This document shows, piece after piece, positions 13,127 through 25,515 of a stretch of DNA of 64,000 nucleotides. This DNA comes from Adineta vaga. Taxonomy: Eukaryota; Animalia; Rotifera. Under the pieces are notes generated by a model. The model saw only the letters and a list, made by a program, of their open reading frames with translations, was not told the origin of the DNA and searched no databases. Both the position numbers and the translations under genes were made by a program. The DNA lies in the NCBI GenBank assembly GCA_021613535.1, contig CP075492.1:19530001-19594000 (forward strand). The letters are read 5' to 3'. The first letter of the stretch is position 1; every line of letters begins with the position of its first letter.

Positions 13127-13738
13127 ATGTTCAAAATCATTCTTACTCTCAATGTGTTCTTCATTATTGTTGATGCCAATCTACAACCAATGAATAATAC
13201 TGAAATCGAAACAGAAAATGTTGTTGTTGATACATGGTTGTCAAAAGAATGTGCTAAACGTAAGGTTCGAAGCATCGATGAAAACAATCATTTTTCACCA
13301 TTACTTAGTCGAACTATTTTACCAGCTTGTATGCCATTGTTCAATATGGTTGCTAAGCCTCCTTATAATGTCATAAGTATTACTCCCATGGAGTTTACTC
13401 CATTAAAAGTACGAGTTGCTATTCGAACATCTTAAACAAATCAAATTATAAAAATTGATGGAATGGTTTGCGATGATAGTTTTGATCAATCAGCTGCGTT
13501 GGCTGTGTGCAGATCAATTGGCAAAACTCGAGCTGCATATCTTGATAATATCTCTTCAACTGGTGATAACAAATGTGAAATAGATTATCAATTACAGAAG
13601 CAACAAGCATCATGTCAATTCATTCTTGATGATCTTCGCTGCAGTAGTTCAACTAACAGTCTGATGCAGTGTACTCGCAGTGAAATATTCTCTCATAATT
13701 GTGGCTCAAGTGAACATGTTAGCGTTCTATGCAGCTAA
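13127..13738 (+). pseudogene. Secreted SRCR-domain protein with one in-frame stop
   Basis: Signal peptide, then SRCR motifs GMVCDDSF..AAxxVCRSIG..LDDLRC..L.QC...HNCGSSEHVSVLCS. The two ORFs are in the same frame, separated only by TAA at 13433-13435. Confidence 0.8.
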
Positions 13739-13959
13739 TATTCACTTAATTTGTGTGATTCACTGCGAATGGACAGTTTTTTCAAATATTTTCATGTATT
13801 TGAATAAAAATCAGACATAAATTATTCTTTCTAACCAATAACTCTACGAGTTTTCGTTCCTGAGGATGTAGGATGAATATTTCTAAACGATGAATCAATC
13901 AAAACGATCTTTATTATAATCGTATTATCGTAAAACCGTATACACTAAAAAGGTTCATT

Positions 13960-14431
13960 CATCATAGTTCGTCATGTTCGAATTGAATTGTAATATTCTT
14001 TTCCACTTGATTATGCCATGAATGAACTTTATCCATAAAATGCCCATCTCTTTCAGTATGTAATTTATCGCAACATTTCTGATACCATTCTTCAATTTCA
14101 TTCCACCGACTCACAAAACTAATATGGTGTTTACCTTTGCGATATTCAATTGCTCGACATGTTAAGTGTGTATCTTGAGCGTACCCATATAGCGAAACTT
14201 AAATGTAAATCATTTGCTTTTCCTTCACCTATGAATCGAATAACAGACCATCTTTTCCCTAGTTGCATTTTCTATTTCTGAATCGTCAAATATATCCAGT
14301 TTTAGAATTGATTTTATATGAGCAGGATTACAATCAATAACTTTAGCATGAGTTGGTCCCATCTGAGACAAATCAGAAAGTAATAATAAGGGAAAGTTTT
14401 TTTTTCTAAAATAATCATTTAAAATAGACAA
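13960..14431 (-). pseudogene. Disrupted coding remnant, unknown family
   Basis: Protein-like text continues past several stops (...SRWNEIEEWYQKCCDKLH...). Confidence 0.3.
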
Positions 14432-14522
14432 TCAAAAAAACATGAGATGCCTACTTATAATTATAATATAAATGGACCTTCCACAGTCATATATAACTTA
14501 TAAAATAAATAGATATTCATTA

Positions 14523-14713
14523 TAGGAATAGATTTAGATTTAGATTTAGATTCAGTTATACATAGGTACCCATGTTAATTCATAGGAATAGATTTAGGTT
14601 TACTTATACATGGGTACCTATGTATAACTGAATCTAAATCTAAATCTAAATCTATTCCTATGAATTAATATGGGTACCTATGTATAAGTAAAACTAAATC
14701 TAAATCTATTCCT
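14523..14713. repeat. Foldback element with (TTTAGA)n arrays and GGTACC-centred palindromes
   Basis: AGGAATAGA(TTTAGA)n...ATAGGTACCCAT units are mirrored by ATGGGTACCTAT...(TCTAAA)nTCTATTCCT. Confidence 0.8.
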
Positions 14714-14959
14714 GTCTGTATTTATGTGTCGTATGGGTATGTTTCTGCATTTATATTATAAGTCGAATTAGACAGCTACTCAAATATATGATTACCTGTA
14801 TGTGCGCAGAAAAAAAGGTAGTTAATAGGAGTAAATAAGCATACAAGTCACATAAAATTCAGTCGTTCTGTTAAATATTGACTCGTCGTGTTAGAAAGAT
14901 AATTATAGTCGATTCTGTATATTTGTCTTGTTTCTAGCGATGTAATTGATAATTCGATA

Positions 14960-15328
14960 ACACAAGTAACGCTCGCCGTGCCGACTCACTTAACCCTCGA
15001 CAGTGGAGGACGGATATTTTCAGCTTGACTCAATAGTGAAATGAATTGATCTGAAAACTTAAGATACGAGAAAACGGCTTTCATGTTATTGTTAAAATAT
15101 GTATCCACCTTCGAAAACAGAATGTTAACTTTTTTTCGTGAAATAACTTTCATCCGACACCCTGCTCTATACCCCCACCCATGGTTTCACCCAACACCCA
15201 TCTCTATACCCATCCACGCTTTCAGGCGTCCCATCACTGATTTTTTTGTTGACCCTTGACCTTTGACCTTGACACAAACAAACAAACTATTTTTTTTCAT
15301 ATGACCCTCCTTACAGTGAGGGAATTAA
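14960..15328 (+). mobile_element. HINE/Helentron-like (DINE-1 type) element
   Basis: Starts ACAAGTAACGCTCGCC and carries an internal short tandem repeat, GACCTTGACCTTTGACC and (ACAA)n. The 3' hairpin CCCTCCTTACAGTGAGGG is followed by an A/T tract. Confidence 0.7.
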
Positions 15329-15422
15329 ATATTAAATGAAAAAATTTAAAGCTATGCTGTAATAATTATTAAAGTAAATATACTAATCGATATTTCTATT
15401 GAAATAATTGATGTTCTTATAG

Positions 15423-15970
15423 GAATCTATGCGTGTTCTTCCACCGGTACCAATGGTTATTCGACAAGCACAAGAAGATTTTATTTGTAGTAAATCTATT
15501 CTATTGACTTAAATGATTTGATTTGAATATTTATTTAATTTTAGATAATCAATTGATTCGAAAAGACATCACTTTATATATATTTATAATGGGAGTTAAT
15601 TATGACTCAAATGTTTCTCCTCAACCGGAATTATTCAATCCTAATCGATTTTATAAAAGTTCAGAGACAAATGACGAACGATCACCATATGCTTTTACTC
15701 CGTTTTCAGCTGGACCTCGGAATTATATTGGTTCGTATTATTTCATTTTGTTAAGATTTGATCTTATAAATACTATGAATATCTATTCTTATAGGTCAAA
15801 GTTTTGCATTATTCGAAGAAAAAATTGTTTTATCTACACTCTTTCGTCGTTTTTCTTTTCGAACCAAACAAACAATTGATGATTTGCAACTTTCCTTCGA
15901 AGCAATCATGAGACCTGCTGTTCCTATTCAACCTACTATTAAACATCGACATCACAATAAGAACTTATAA
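15423..15970 (+). pseudogene. Cytochrome P450 (CYP4-like) 3' fragment, three exons
   Basis: ESMRVLPPVP (ExxR), FNPNRF (PERF-like) and PFSAGPRNYIG, where the heme Cys is Tyr. It continues QSFALFEEKIVLS after an intron. The 5' exons are absent. Confidence 0.85.
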
Positions 15971-16133
15971 CATTCTATACTCAATTGCTTTTTAAATGAC
16001 AATTTTCTTTTACTAAATCTTATGAGAAGTGGAAACAAGGTATTTTTTAGTTAGATATCATTAATAAACGCTTTTGGTTCGAAATTACTAAAAATAATAT
16101 CATTGACTTTGTTCTGTTTCATATAAAGTTTAT

Positions 16134-16168
16134 CTCGTGGGTGAGGATGAGGGTAGAGTGGAACCTCA
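16134..16168. repeat. G-rich half of the telomere-hexamer site
   Basis: CTCGTGGGTGAGGATGAGGGTAGAG, directly followed by an LTR-like insertion. Confidence 0.6.
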
Positions 16169-16358
16169 TGTAACGATATCGTTCTATCCATTTTTCTTGG
16201 TTCATCTCTTTCTATCATCTATATCTTTCATTCGTGCATTCATCCTCTGTGTTCTCTTTCTTTTGGTTGCACATATATAACGGCGTGTTTTCGTATGTAA
16301 AAAATGCGATTCTTGGTAAGAAGAAATAAAGAAAAGTGTAATGCCATCAGCGCTAACA
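16169..16358 (+). mobile_element. Possible solo LTR
   Basis: TGTAACG...GCTAACA termini, a pyrimidine-rich body, TATATAA and AATAAA. No clean target duplication. Confidence 0.45.
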
Positions 16359-16599
16359 CTTTCATCAGAAATCGTCACACCACAACCAGCTACTAGTCGA
16401 AAACTCTATTTATTGTATCAATTTTTCTATTAATGACTAATTAAAAGTAGTTATGCACGTGTAATTTGGCATTACTTGATGCACAGAGGATACTATATTT
16501 TGCTAAAAAGATTGCGCGTCTGAATCATGCCGAATCCGGATCCAAACATTTCACTTCTCAAGGGTCCTGGCCCATGAAAACGTGGGTCTACTTCTCTCT

Positions 16600-16651
16600 A
16601 GTGTAGATGAGTGACGGCAGGATAGCAACTGAATCTATAACAACACCCTCA
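16600..16651. repeat. Degenerate telomere-hexamer hairpin site
   Basis: AGTGTAGATGAGTG...ATCTA...ACACCCTCA. Confidence 0.5.
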
Positions 16652-17385
16652 TTAGAGTATAAATCAACATTACTATATTAACAAATAATATTCTATGCAT
16701 CGCACTGATATTTCAAAGTGTTCGTTGCAATCGTCAACGAGTAGTTAATTCATTAATTCTTTTTCAGATAACAGATGAAAAATGATTGTTCAGAGTGAAA
16801 CAAATGTAGCAACAGCAAATTTATGTTGTTCTCGAAATCATTTTATTACAATGGATCATTCATTTTCATTCTTTGTTTTTGTTGACGGTAGTAGACAAAC
16901 CTCTGAACATTGATCTCGTTTTTTTCGAGAAATACGTATCCTAGAATATATTAATTTTTAACCTTGCCATTTTCATCGTCCTTGTTAAATATTACAAAAG
17001 TACTTTGGGAGTAGATATGCGAATTTTTACAGTTTGGAAAGTAAATATCTGGAGGTTTTATTTTGTCGATTTCATCTCTTTCTTAACATCTTCAAAAATC
17101 ATACTATAAAACTCAAATAAATAATAAATGTTATTCATTATTTATGAGATTTAAATCAGCGAAACGATTAATCAATCATTTCAATAAATTTCATTGAAAA
17201 ATATTAATATTTTATATGATCCAGTAGGCACGTACATTCTTATATTCTTATAAACATAAAATATCACAGTATTTGCTTTCTCTTCTCTTTTATTATTTGA
17301 AAAGTCAGATATTCAACATACTTTAGATAAGTAAAACTATTCAAGAGATTGTCCATCACCGACTCTACTTACGCAATTCAATAAT

Positions 17386-18585
17386 ATGATATTTTTATTA
17401 TTCGTCGTTTTTATTTTCATCAATATCGATGTAATACAAATGTGCATTCAAGCGGAAAGTCTCGAAGTTTCTCTTGATGAAACAATTATGGATAGCTTAA
17501 ATTATAAACTCAATCAATTACCTCATGATACAACAGATAGAAGAAGGTGCCTGGTGTCAATCGCTGCAAACTTAAACCAAACCGGTTTGGTTATTCAATT
17601 TGACACATCCTGTCCTTATGCGCCAATTACTGATCATGTAATTGTGGAAAGCAATTTTACTTTTGAAGGAAATTTGTCTATTGTCAATACCATTTGTCAT
17701 CGATGTTCTGAACATTCTGCTTGTGATCGAGATTTTCTAATCAAGTTCGTCAGTTATAATGAATGGATTTCAGTTATTACTAATAATCATCAAAAGATGT
17801 TTTTGAACTTGCAAGATATCATTATTCCTCGTAACAAGTCACAACATAATATCCAAGAGGAAATAAAGTGTTATGAAACAAAAGATAAGGCTTTCGCTGT
17901 ATGCCCTTCAGGCAAATGTACTTACTTGAATAATGAAGTAGACATTGTTCGATTGTGTCTACCAGCATCACTTGTATTAACGGCAGGAGTCCTGTTCTCT
18001 GTAATAATTGCTGAAGAAAATAGATTTAGACCGCTTGAGAGAATATTTTTTATGTGCAAACATTCTTACTGCAATACCGATGAACTAAAAACATCTATAA
18101 AAAATATCATTTATGAGCATTATTCAATTCCTGATTCATTATACACGTGGTTTAATGCAGCAATAAACATCAAAAAGACAACGATAATACAACCATCGAC
18201 AAAAATACATTTGACTACTGGAATCAAAATGAAATTTTCGACAATATCAACAACTATTAAAGATATAAATCCATCTATGATGACGACAGTAAAATTAAGT
18301 TCAGCATTATCTACTAGATCGCATGTTCCGTCTAGATTTTCTCATATGACATCGACGAATAATCAAAAAACTATGTTAACAGAGACTTCTACTGGAAAAA
18401 GATTGTTTACATCTTTGAATACAATTAATCGAAATTTCATTTCAATTTCTCACATTAATCGTACAATTTATGCGAGCAAACCATTTGATCAATCAACTCA
18501 ATCAAACAAATCAACAAATATTGTACGATTACAACTGTTCACAAACATTATTTTTATGATTTTTTTTCTATTTCTCAAATACTAA
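17386..18585 (+). CDS. Secreted Cys-rich protein with S/T-rich stalk and probable GPI signal
   Basis: Signal peptide, Cys modules (CSEHSACDR, CKHSYCN), a Thr/Ser-rich region and a hydrophobic C-terminus. Confidence 0.8.
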   Translation: MIFLLFVVFIFINIDVIQMCIQAESLEVSLDETIMDSLNYKLNQLPHDTTDRRRCLVSIAANLNQTGLVIQFDTSCPYAPITDHVIVESNFTFEGNLSIVNTICHRCSEHSACDRDFLIKFVSYNEWISVITNNHQKMFLNLQDIIIPRNKSQHNIQEEIKCYETKDKAFAVCPSGKCTYLNNEVDIVRLCLPASLVLTAGVLFSVIIAEENRFRPLERIFFMCKHSYCNTDELKTSIKNIIYEHYSIPDSLYTWFNAAINIKKTTIIQPSTKIHLTTGIKMKFSTISTTIKDINPSMMTTVKLSSALSTRSHVPSRFSHMTSTNNQKTMLTETSTGKRLFTSLNTINRNFISISHINRTIYASKPFDQSTQSNKSTNIVRLQLFTNIIFMIFFLFLKY

Positions 18586-19190
18586 ATTAATAATTATTAA
18601 CTATTTTGAATTCATATTTTTCTTTCATGATTTTCTTTTAATTTTACTCTGCAATCATGAAGCTTTTGTATATATGCATGCTTTCTATATCAATATATAT
18701 ATATATTTCTCAAATTACATGAACTTTCTACCTGTATTAAACAAATAAAATTTTTCTCCAAGTTCTATAGATCACGCACATCTATATAAGATTCATTACA
18801 TATTATTCTAGAAGTTTCTCGTGTATCAGTGCAAAGATGCTTTTTTTTACACTGTTTACCTTTCTTTCAGTCAAAAGAATATTTGCGATGACTTTGCTGA
18901 TGTTGTTTTATTGTAAAACTTACGCCCTCTTTTTTCACTTATTCATATTGATTTTACAATATGTTTAACGAAAGACTCATACACAAAATCTCAGTACGTG
19001 TTTTTAAAGATATAGTAATAAGATTACTAGATTTATGTTGTATAGAGAAAAACGCAGAAAGTCATGATTAAGTCAGAGATTGAATTATTTGTTCTTGAAG
19101 CATGCATTACATAAATGCATCAAGATACAGAAGAAAAAACGTCTTAAGAATAAGTAGGATCATTTTGTATTCTTATAGTTAAAAGAAAGA

Positions 19191-20189
19191 ATGTTTTTTC
19201 TACATCTAATTTTGCTTATCTTTCCTAATGTTGCTAACGGGCTATCGTGTATTGGTATAGACGTTATTCTTGAAGTAAGTTATGAAAATCTTACACAGAG
19301 TGTTCTGGAAAAAAAACTTGATGAACTTATTTTACCAAATTCGGTCGATTATGGTCAATGCGGAATGGAAGTAGTGATTGATTATAAGAATAAACTTTTA
19401 ATTATCGAATTTGATGCAAATAAAGTTAATACAAATAATCATAAATCTGACAATTATTTTCAACTTTATACTAATTTCACTTTTGTACCTGTTCGTACCC
19501 ATCGCAGTCAATTTTATAAAACTTGTTCTTTAGAAGATTACTGTGATCGAAAATTTCTTATCAATAAACGAGCATGGTGGTCTTTCATTGAGCAAATCAA
19601 TCACATGCCTCTTGAAATAATTCTTTATGAAAGTATCGAAAACCAATCACCCCAAAACGTCTACAGATGTTTGAATAATAAAGAAGTTATCAAATGTCCG
19701 AGCAAAATTTGTTCAGCTTACAAGGAACGTGATGCAGAGTTTTCTAATGCGTGTATTTCCAGAATCAATGCGGCTATTTCTTTGATTACAGTAATTGAAA
19801 TTGACACCGAAACTTGTACCCAAAGTTTGCACTTTATTCAATATAATTGTCGATATGATATGTGTAATGACCGAGCAGAAGTCGAAAACGTTTATGCTAA
19901 GATTCATCAATACTATGAGCTATCTCCATTTTTACGTCCTACTAATGTTAACAATATAAAAAGAAAAACAAGGTCGATACTATGTTCCCATCAACTTCAA
20001 AATACAGCGAATGCAACTAGTTTAATGACCAAGAAAAGTACAGAAAATGATATACGTCAAACCTCTATACCTAGACCAATACGTAATGCAACTATGACGT
20101 CGGGTTCAATAACAATTTTGATGAACATTTCAAAGGTGAAAAACATTTTCCTAGTATTGATTATAATAATCTCGTTGTGGTACAATTAA
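19191..20189 (+). CDS. Tandem paralog of 17386-18585 (secreted Cys-rich, probable GPI anchor)
   Basis: Same Cys pattern (CSLEDYCDRKFL, CPSKIC, CRYDMCN), signal peptide and hydrophobic tail. Confidence 0.8.
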   Translation: MFFLHLILLIFPNVANGLSCIGIDVILEVSYENLTQSVLEKKLDELILPNSVDYGQCGMEVVIDYKNKLLIIEFDANKVNTNNHKSDNYFQLYTNFTFVPVRTHRSQFYKTCSLEDYCDRKFLINKRAWWSFIEQINHMPLEIILYESIENQSPQNVYRCLNNKEVIKCPSKICSAYKERDAEFSNACISRINAAISLITVIEIDTETCTQSLHFIQYNCRYDMCNDRAEVENVYAKIHQYYELSPFLRPTNVNNIKRKTRSILCSHQLQNTANATSLMTKKSTENDIRQTSIPRPIRNATMTSGSITILMNISKVKNIFLVLIIIISLWYN

Positions 20190-22103
20190 TTTAAATATGA
20201 TTCACTGGCCGTCTTGATTCTCGGAATAAACTTCTCGAAATTGAATTATGAACCTTTTCACTTATGTATATCTCCAAAAGACTATTATTATTCGCAAACA
20301 TTTTCTATCTACTGTCAATTAATTTAACCTCGGACTTTGTTGACGATAAATGAGAGTATGAATGTGGATGCACAAGTTACATGACATAGACGCAAGATCG
20401 TATTTAACCTATATCGCTTTTTGCCTTCAGGATATTCAGTCGAGATGAAGGTGACTAATAGTATTACCATCGTTTTATTTTTTCTTTCAACATTTAAACG
20501 TTTTTTTTTGAAAGAGAAGGAAATGTTGACGCTTTAACAATTGCTCTGACTTAGTGGCGTAATCAAAGTAGGCTCAGCTGAGACTCAATCGCATCATGCA
20601 ACAGAGTCATTCTGATTGAACCACACGACAAGTCGTGTTACCACTACACCACCATCAAAATTCTAATTATGGTATTATTATGAAGCATGCACAAATCGTA
20701 TAGTCTACGTTCTTGAGATGATTTTTCTAACAAAAATGCTTCCTTTAATTGATTCATTTCATACAATTATGACTGTTTGTTTTGTCTACAAGAATTTTTT
20801 TATCATCGAAAGATACGTCAAAATCTTGATATACGCAACTATTCACACAGAGATCTGATTATGAAAAATTTGTAATCATAATATGATGACTTTATCATTG
20901 TACATTTTTCAATAGTTCGGCAGTTTATCTCTTTTGCATAAGTCGCGCATAAGATGGGAAATATGATTTTGTAACAAAATCACCTTGTTTTAAAACAAAT
21001 CAATTTGTAAAAAATTAATATTAACTGACATTATCACTATAGTTGCCTTTGTAATTTTCATAGTCTTAAACGATGTGAGACCACAATACCATACAGATAA
21101 CAAAGACAACTATATAACTCTGATTACTATACCGCTATGATAAGTTCCTACGCGTATAACTTCTTATATAAAAGAACCGTCAGCCTGCTCTCTTAGCTTG
21201 CTTTTGATATGAACCTGTGAAATTGGTCAGTCTATTTATCAAACGTCTTTTAACGAATCTTTTCTTGAAAAAGACACATTTGTCGCTCCATACTTTGTCA
21301 AAGAAAGACGTATTATTCGAATCGAAGCAAGATTCGATTATCATTTTTGAATAAGCCTCCAGTTGCATGAATATTTGAACAACTCATAAACAACATAGTA
21401 CGACAAAAGTTAATGACATTCACCATGGCTTTATATATATATACTTCTATCGTTTATATTCGTGGAAATAGTGATTTCACATCAAATCTGTTAAAGTGTA
21501 ACCGACCTTAAAAGTATCCTTACTTATAAAATAATACTATCTACTTAACTCAAACAAGCGAAACATTATTTACGTAAAAGCACATAATAATGAACATGGA
21601 TATCATTTTTGGAAAAATATTTCTTTATTTTGGTTTTTAATTTCAATCAATTAGCTGAAAAAGATGAAATATGTATCTTCATGGTTAGCTTTTAAAGTTA
21701 ATTTATATTAATAACTGACACAAAATGGTAATAATCATAGTCATAATATTTGATCAATAAACTTTTACAGAGAAATGTAACATGAGTTTTTTTCTTCGTT
21801 TGAAATATGTAATCATGATTTCTTTCAACATAACAATACAAAGATAAATATAAGCGATGTCAACTTAAGAAATAAATATCTTGAATGATTAGTTTATAAA
21901 TAAAATAAATATATCCGTATAAATATTGTATTTTTTTAAGCTTTAGAAAAATTATGAATTCAATTTATCATAATATATTAGAGAGATTATTGACTTTGTA
22001 TGTTATAGCTAGGTTTGAGAATATTTCACGATCATATTTAGTTTTAGTAGTATTTCTACATCGTTTTAACGTTCTGTTCATTTCTTTTTTTTTGTATAGA
22101 AAC

Positions 22104-23400
22104 ATGTTCAAACATAGTCTTTCGAACTGCTTATTTCTGTTGCTTCTATGTCGAAAATCATATTCAACAAATATGTACAATACAGATTTCATCGAAGGTG
22201 ATGATCGATACTGTTTGTATTCATATACGGTTGATAGTGAATCAAAAAATCTTCGAATCACTCATCATCATCTAATTAAATATTGTATACGTATTGATTT
22301 AATCGCATATATTAAAGGTGAAGCGAGCAAAGATCAAAAATCGATTAGTTTCAGTGATCTGAAGGACAAGAATGTGAGTGTCAATGAATTATTTAAATTT
22401 TCCACTTCTATTGATACTTTGGAACGTTATCAAATGTATTTAATGAATATTACGACACGAGACAATGCTGATCACATACAACGTTTCTACAATTGCACAA
22501 GACCACTTTTCGGACATCTCTGTCTATTCAAATTTGATATTGAGTCTAGCTCGTTTGCTCACAATATATGGTATGCAATACAGCCACCTTTCGATCCTGG
22601 CAGTTCACATACATCTGATCCAGGTAAGCATATATTGTACGAAAAGATTAGTAGTGTCATTGAATATGTCAGCTCATTAGATTTGATCTAATTTCCTAAT
22701 AATCTTGGCATATTGTTTGCTTCAAACAGTTCTTTAAAGAGTTACATCATAAGCGGGTGAGCGATGAGAAATCTGTGAACAAGTTGATATACAACTCAAT
22801 CACATTTCAACACGAATTCGACCATTTGCCATTACCACCAGACATAATTTTATTATAATGGCATTCGCGTGTGACTGAAGATAAAACTCATTCATATCAG
22901 TAACCCAAACAGCGTACTTTTTCTGTCGCACAAATCTATATATCGTGTTGCGCAGTTCACAAGCTATAATTCTTCCTTGAGGTTTAAGATGAGCACTAGT
23001 ATTTTTACTCATTCACATCATATATACATGAGCAACGATAGCAAGCAGAAAAGACAGATGTTTTCTTTTTAAAAAAACATCTATAAAATAACATAATAAA
23101 CTGCACTCTAACATAAAATAGTATGCCGTATTAGCTTTCGATTATATCTAAAAGACTCTTACCCACTAAACATTAGTAGGCTGGATGGATTCAATAGAAA
23201 ACTAGGATCTATACTAGCTCAGTTAGTTATAGTTATCCAGTTTTGATACTAGAAATCGATAATTGAGTTTGATGATGTTTTCATATATAACTTTTGTTTA
23301 TTTTCGAAGATAACAAGAAACACGTCTGATGTTGACATAAGTTCAAAGACGACTGGGAAAGAGAATAAACGACTAGTGCGAAAAGATCAAACGGTGAAAG

Positions 23401-23436
<36 letters not shown>

Positions 23437-25484
23437 AAGAAAAATATATTATCAGAGATATGCGGAGTAGCAAATTTTCATGTTCCGAGAGATCCGACTC
23501 GTTCCCATAAAACCCGAAAGAAGTTCTTATTGATGATCTAATTTGCTTTTTATAATATTTTCTGAACAATTAATCAGTTTTCGAAAAGAAATATTAGACG
23601 AGTTTTATAATTTACTACAATAGAATCTCTAATCGTGAACACCTTGCTAGAGTGAATGGTTTCAAAAGGTCTAGAGTACTAGTTTTCGCCAGAAATGAAC
23701 CTCCCTATAGTTGACTTAGTCATTGAATAATATGTGATAACGGTTTTTAACAATTTAATGGTGTTCGTACAAGAAATATCACTATATTGTAATGAGTATT
23801 CATTTTTTAAGAGCGGAATTAAATGTGAGGAGAAATAATGATACGCAGTGACGTGCTGTCTTATTCACTAGAAATGTTTAGGTGCGCCAAGAATGCATTT
23901 ACTGCTGGAGCATGTATAACAGAAATGCCTTATAAATATCTGGTCTCTCTACTGCAGACATTTCTGAAAAGTCACGATGCTTTTCATTATAGAAAGGTTT
24001 CACTGTAGATGGATTAATTTTGATTCTTCTGTCACATATAATGGATAATCTTGACAAGTTATAAGAAACTAGCGGGGGTACCCGGTGGGAAATAAGAAAT
24101 ATCTGTGTCGAACATCTCACGTGTTGAAAAGCTGTAGCAAATAGAAAAATCAATATACTTCAAGTTTCTACGCTTTTGGTCAGTGACGGATCTAGGTTTT
24201 TTGAAAGTGTCTTATTTCGGTTTTAAAGCATGGGTCCCATATGAAGCTTATGTAGAGTGTTATTGGGGTTAAAAGGTATGTTTTTGAAAAAAAAAATTTT
24301 GATTGAAGTTTGCGTAAAAAATTTCGCTTTTGAAATCGCCCCCTCCCTAATTTTTTTGGTTTTCGTTGTAATCGTGATTTAAGTATTTTATCGTAATCTA
24401 TATCGAATTTCATCAAAAAATATGCATCCGTTCAAGAGTTATAAAACTTTCAATTTTTTTTTAATATCCTAAAAAACAGAACCAAAATACAAAATGCTAT
24501 AACTCTTGAACGGATGCATATTTTTTGATGAAATTCGATATAGATTACGGTAAAATACTCAAACCGCGATTACAACGAAAACCAAAAAAATTAGGGGGGG
24601 GACGATTTCAACATCGAAATTTTTTACGCAAACTTCAATCAAAATTTTTTTTTTCAAAAGCATACCTTTTAACCCCAATAACACTCTACATAAGTTTCAT
24701 GTGGGACCCATGCTTTAAAACCGAAATAAAACGCTTTCAAAAAACCTAGATCCGCCACTGCTTTTGGTCCTAATCTTTCCCGCCGTGCATCACACAAACG
24801 ACAATTTCAGTTATAGCTCTTTATGCAAAAGAGTTACCGAACCTGATTTCTGCCTCAGAAATTATTAGAATTTTCTCTTTCTCTGATATTCATTCTCCAC
24901 TCCAGCTACTCATTCATCGACCTTTTCTCACTCTCACGTCATTTCATACCTTATATCTTTCGTATTCACCCACCCGCAACATTTATCTTAATATTTTGAA
25001 ATCCTGTGACGCTATTGGTAATTTTCGTAGGTTACCTGTAGCATGCACAGAACTTTCATAGATGTAGAGAACTCGTGGATTGTTGTCTATGAGCGCTCAG
25101 ACGGCCTTTGGCCACCTTCGCTACTAACCCGCTGCAATTTTTGAAATTCTGCAATCCTATTGGTCAGTTTCATCACTTGCCTGTAGCAAGGGCAGGATTT
25201 AGTTTTTTTCGGAACAAAGTAGACGTCGACCTTCCCCTAACCCTGGGGAAGCATCGTGGAAAGTTTGGTGACGTTAGCTATTACAGGGACTGAATGCATA
25301 GCGAACAAACAGACAAACTTTCTTCTTTATATATATAAATGTCCTTCACTCATCTCCAAAAAACTTTTGTGACCTGCTTGTCTGAAGCCGGTGTCTGTTT
25401 GTTTGCGATCTTACCCACCAGAACCGCGAAATATCTCTCGAAGTCCGATCCCGACCCGCGGGTGAAATTCCATGGACCATATAT

Positions 25485-25515
<31 letters not shown>

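Noticed and set aside
15151-15225. C-rich CACCC tract resembling telomere repeats
   Set aside because: It is the internal tandem repeat of the HINE-like element, with no matching G arm or hexamer phase.
22753-22810. Possible degenerate hairpin (GCGGGTGAG...CTCAATCACAT) in intron 1 of the receptor gene
   Set aside because: Too weak to call. If real, it would count against strict intergenic placement, or mean exon 1 is a separate fragment.
24192-24749. Near-identical 74-aa ORFs on opposite strands
   Set aside because: They are the two arms of the hAT foldback MITE, not genes.
12645-25293. Repeated peptide FFRNKVDVDLPL in two ORFs
   Set aside because: Translation of non-coding Helitron copies.
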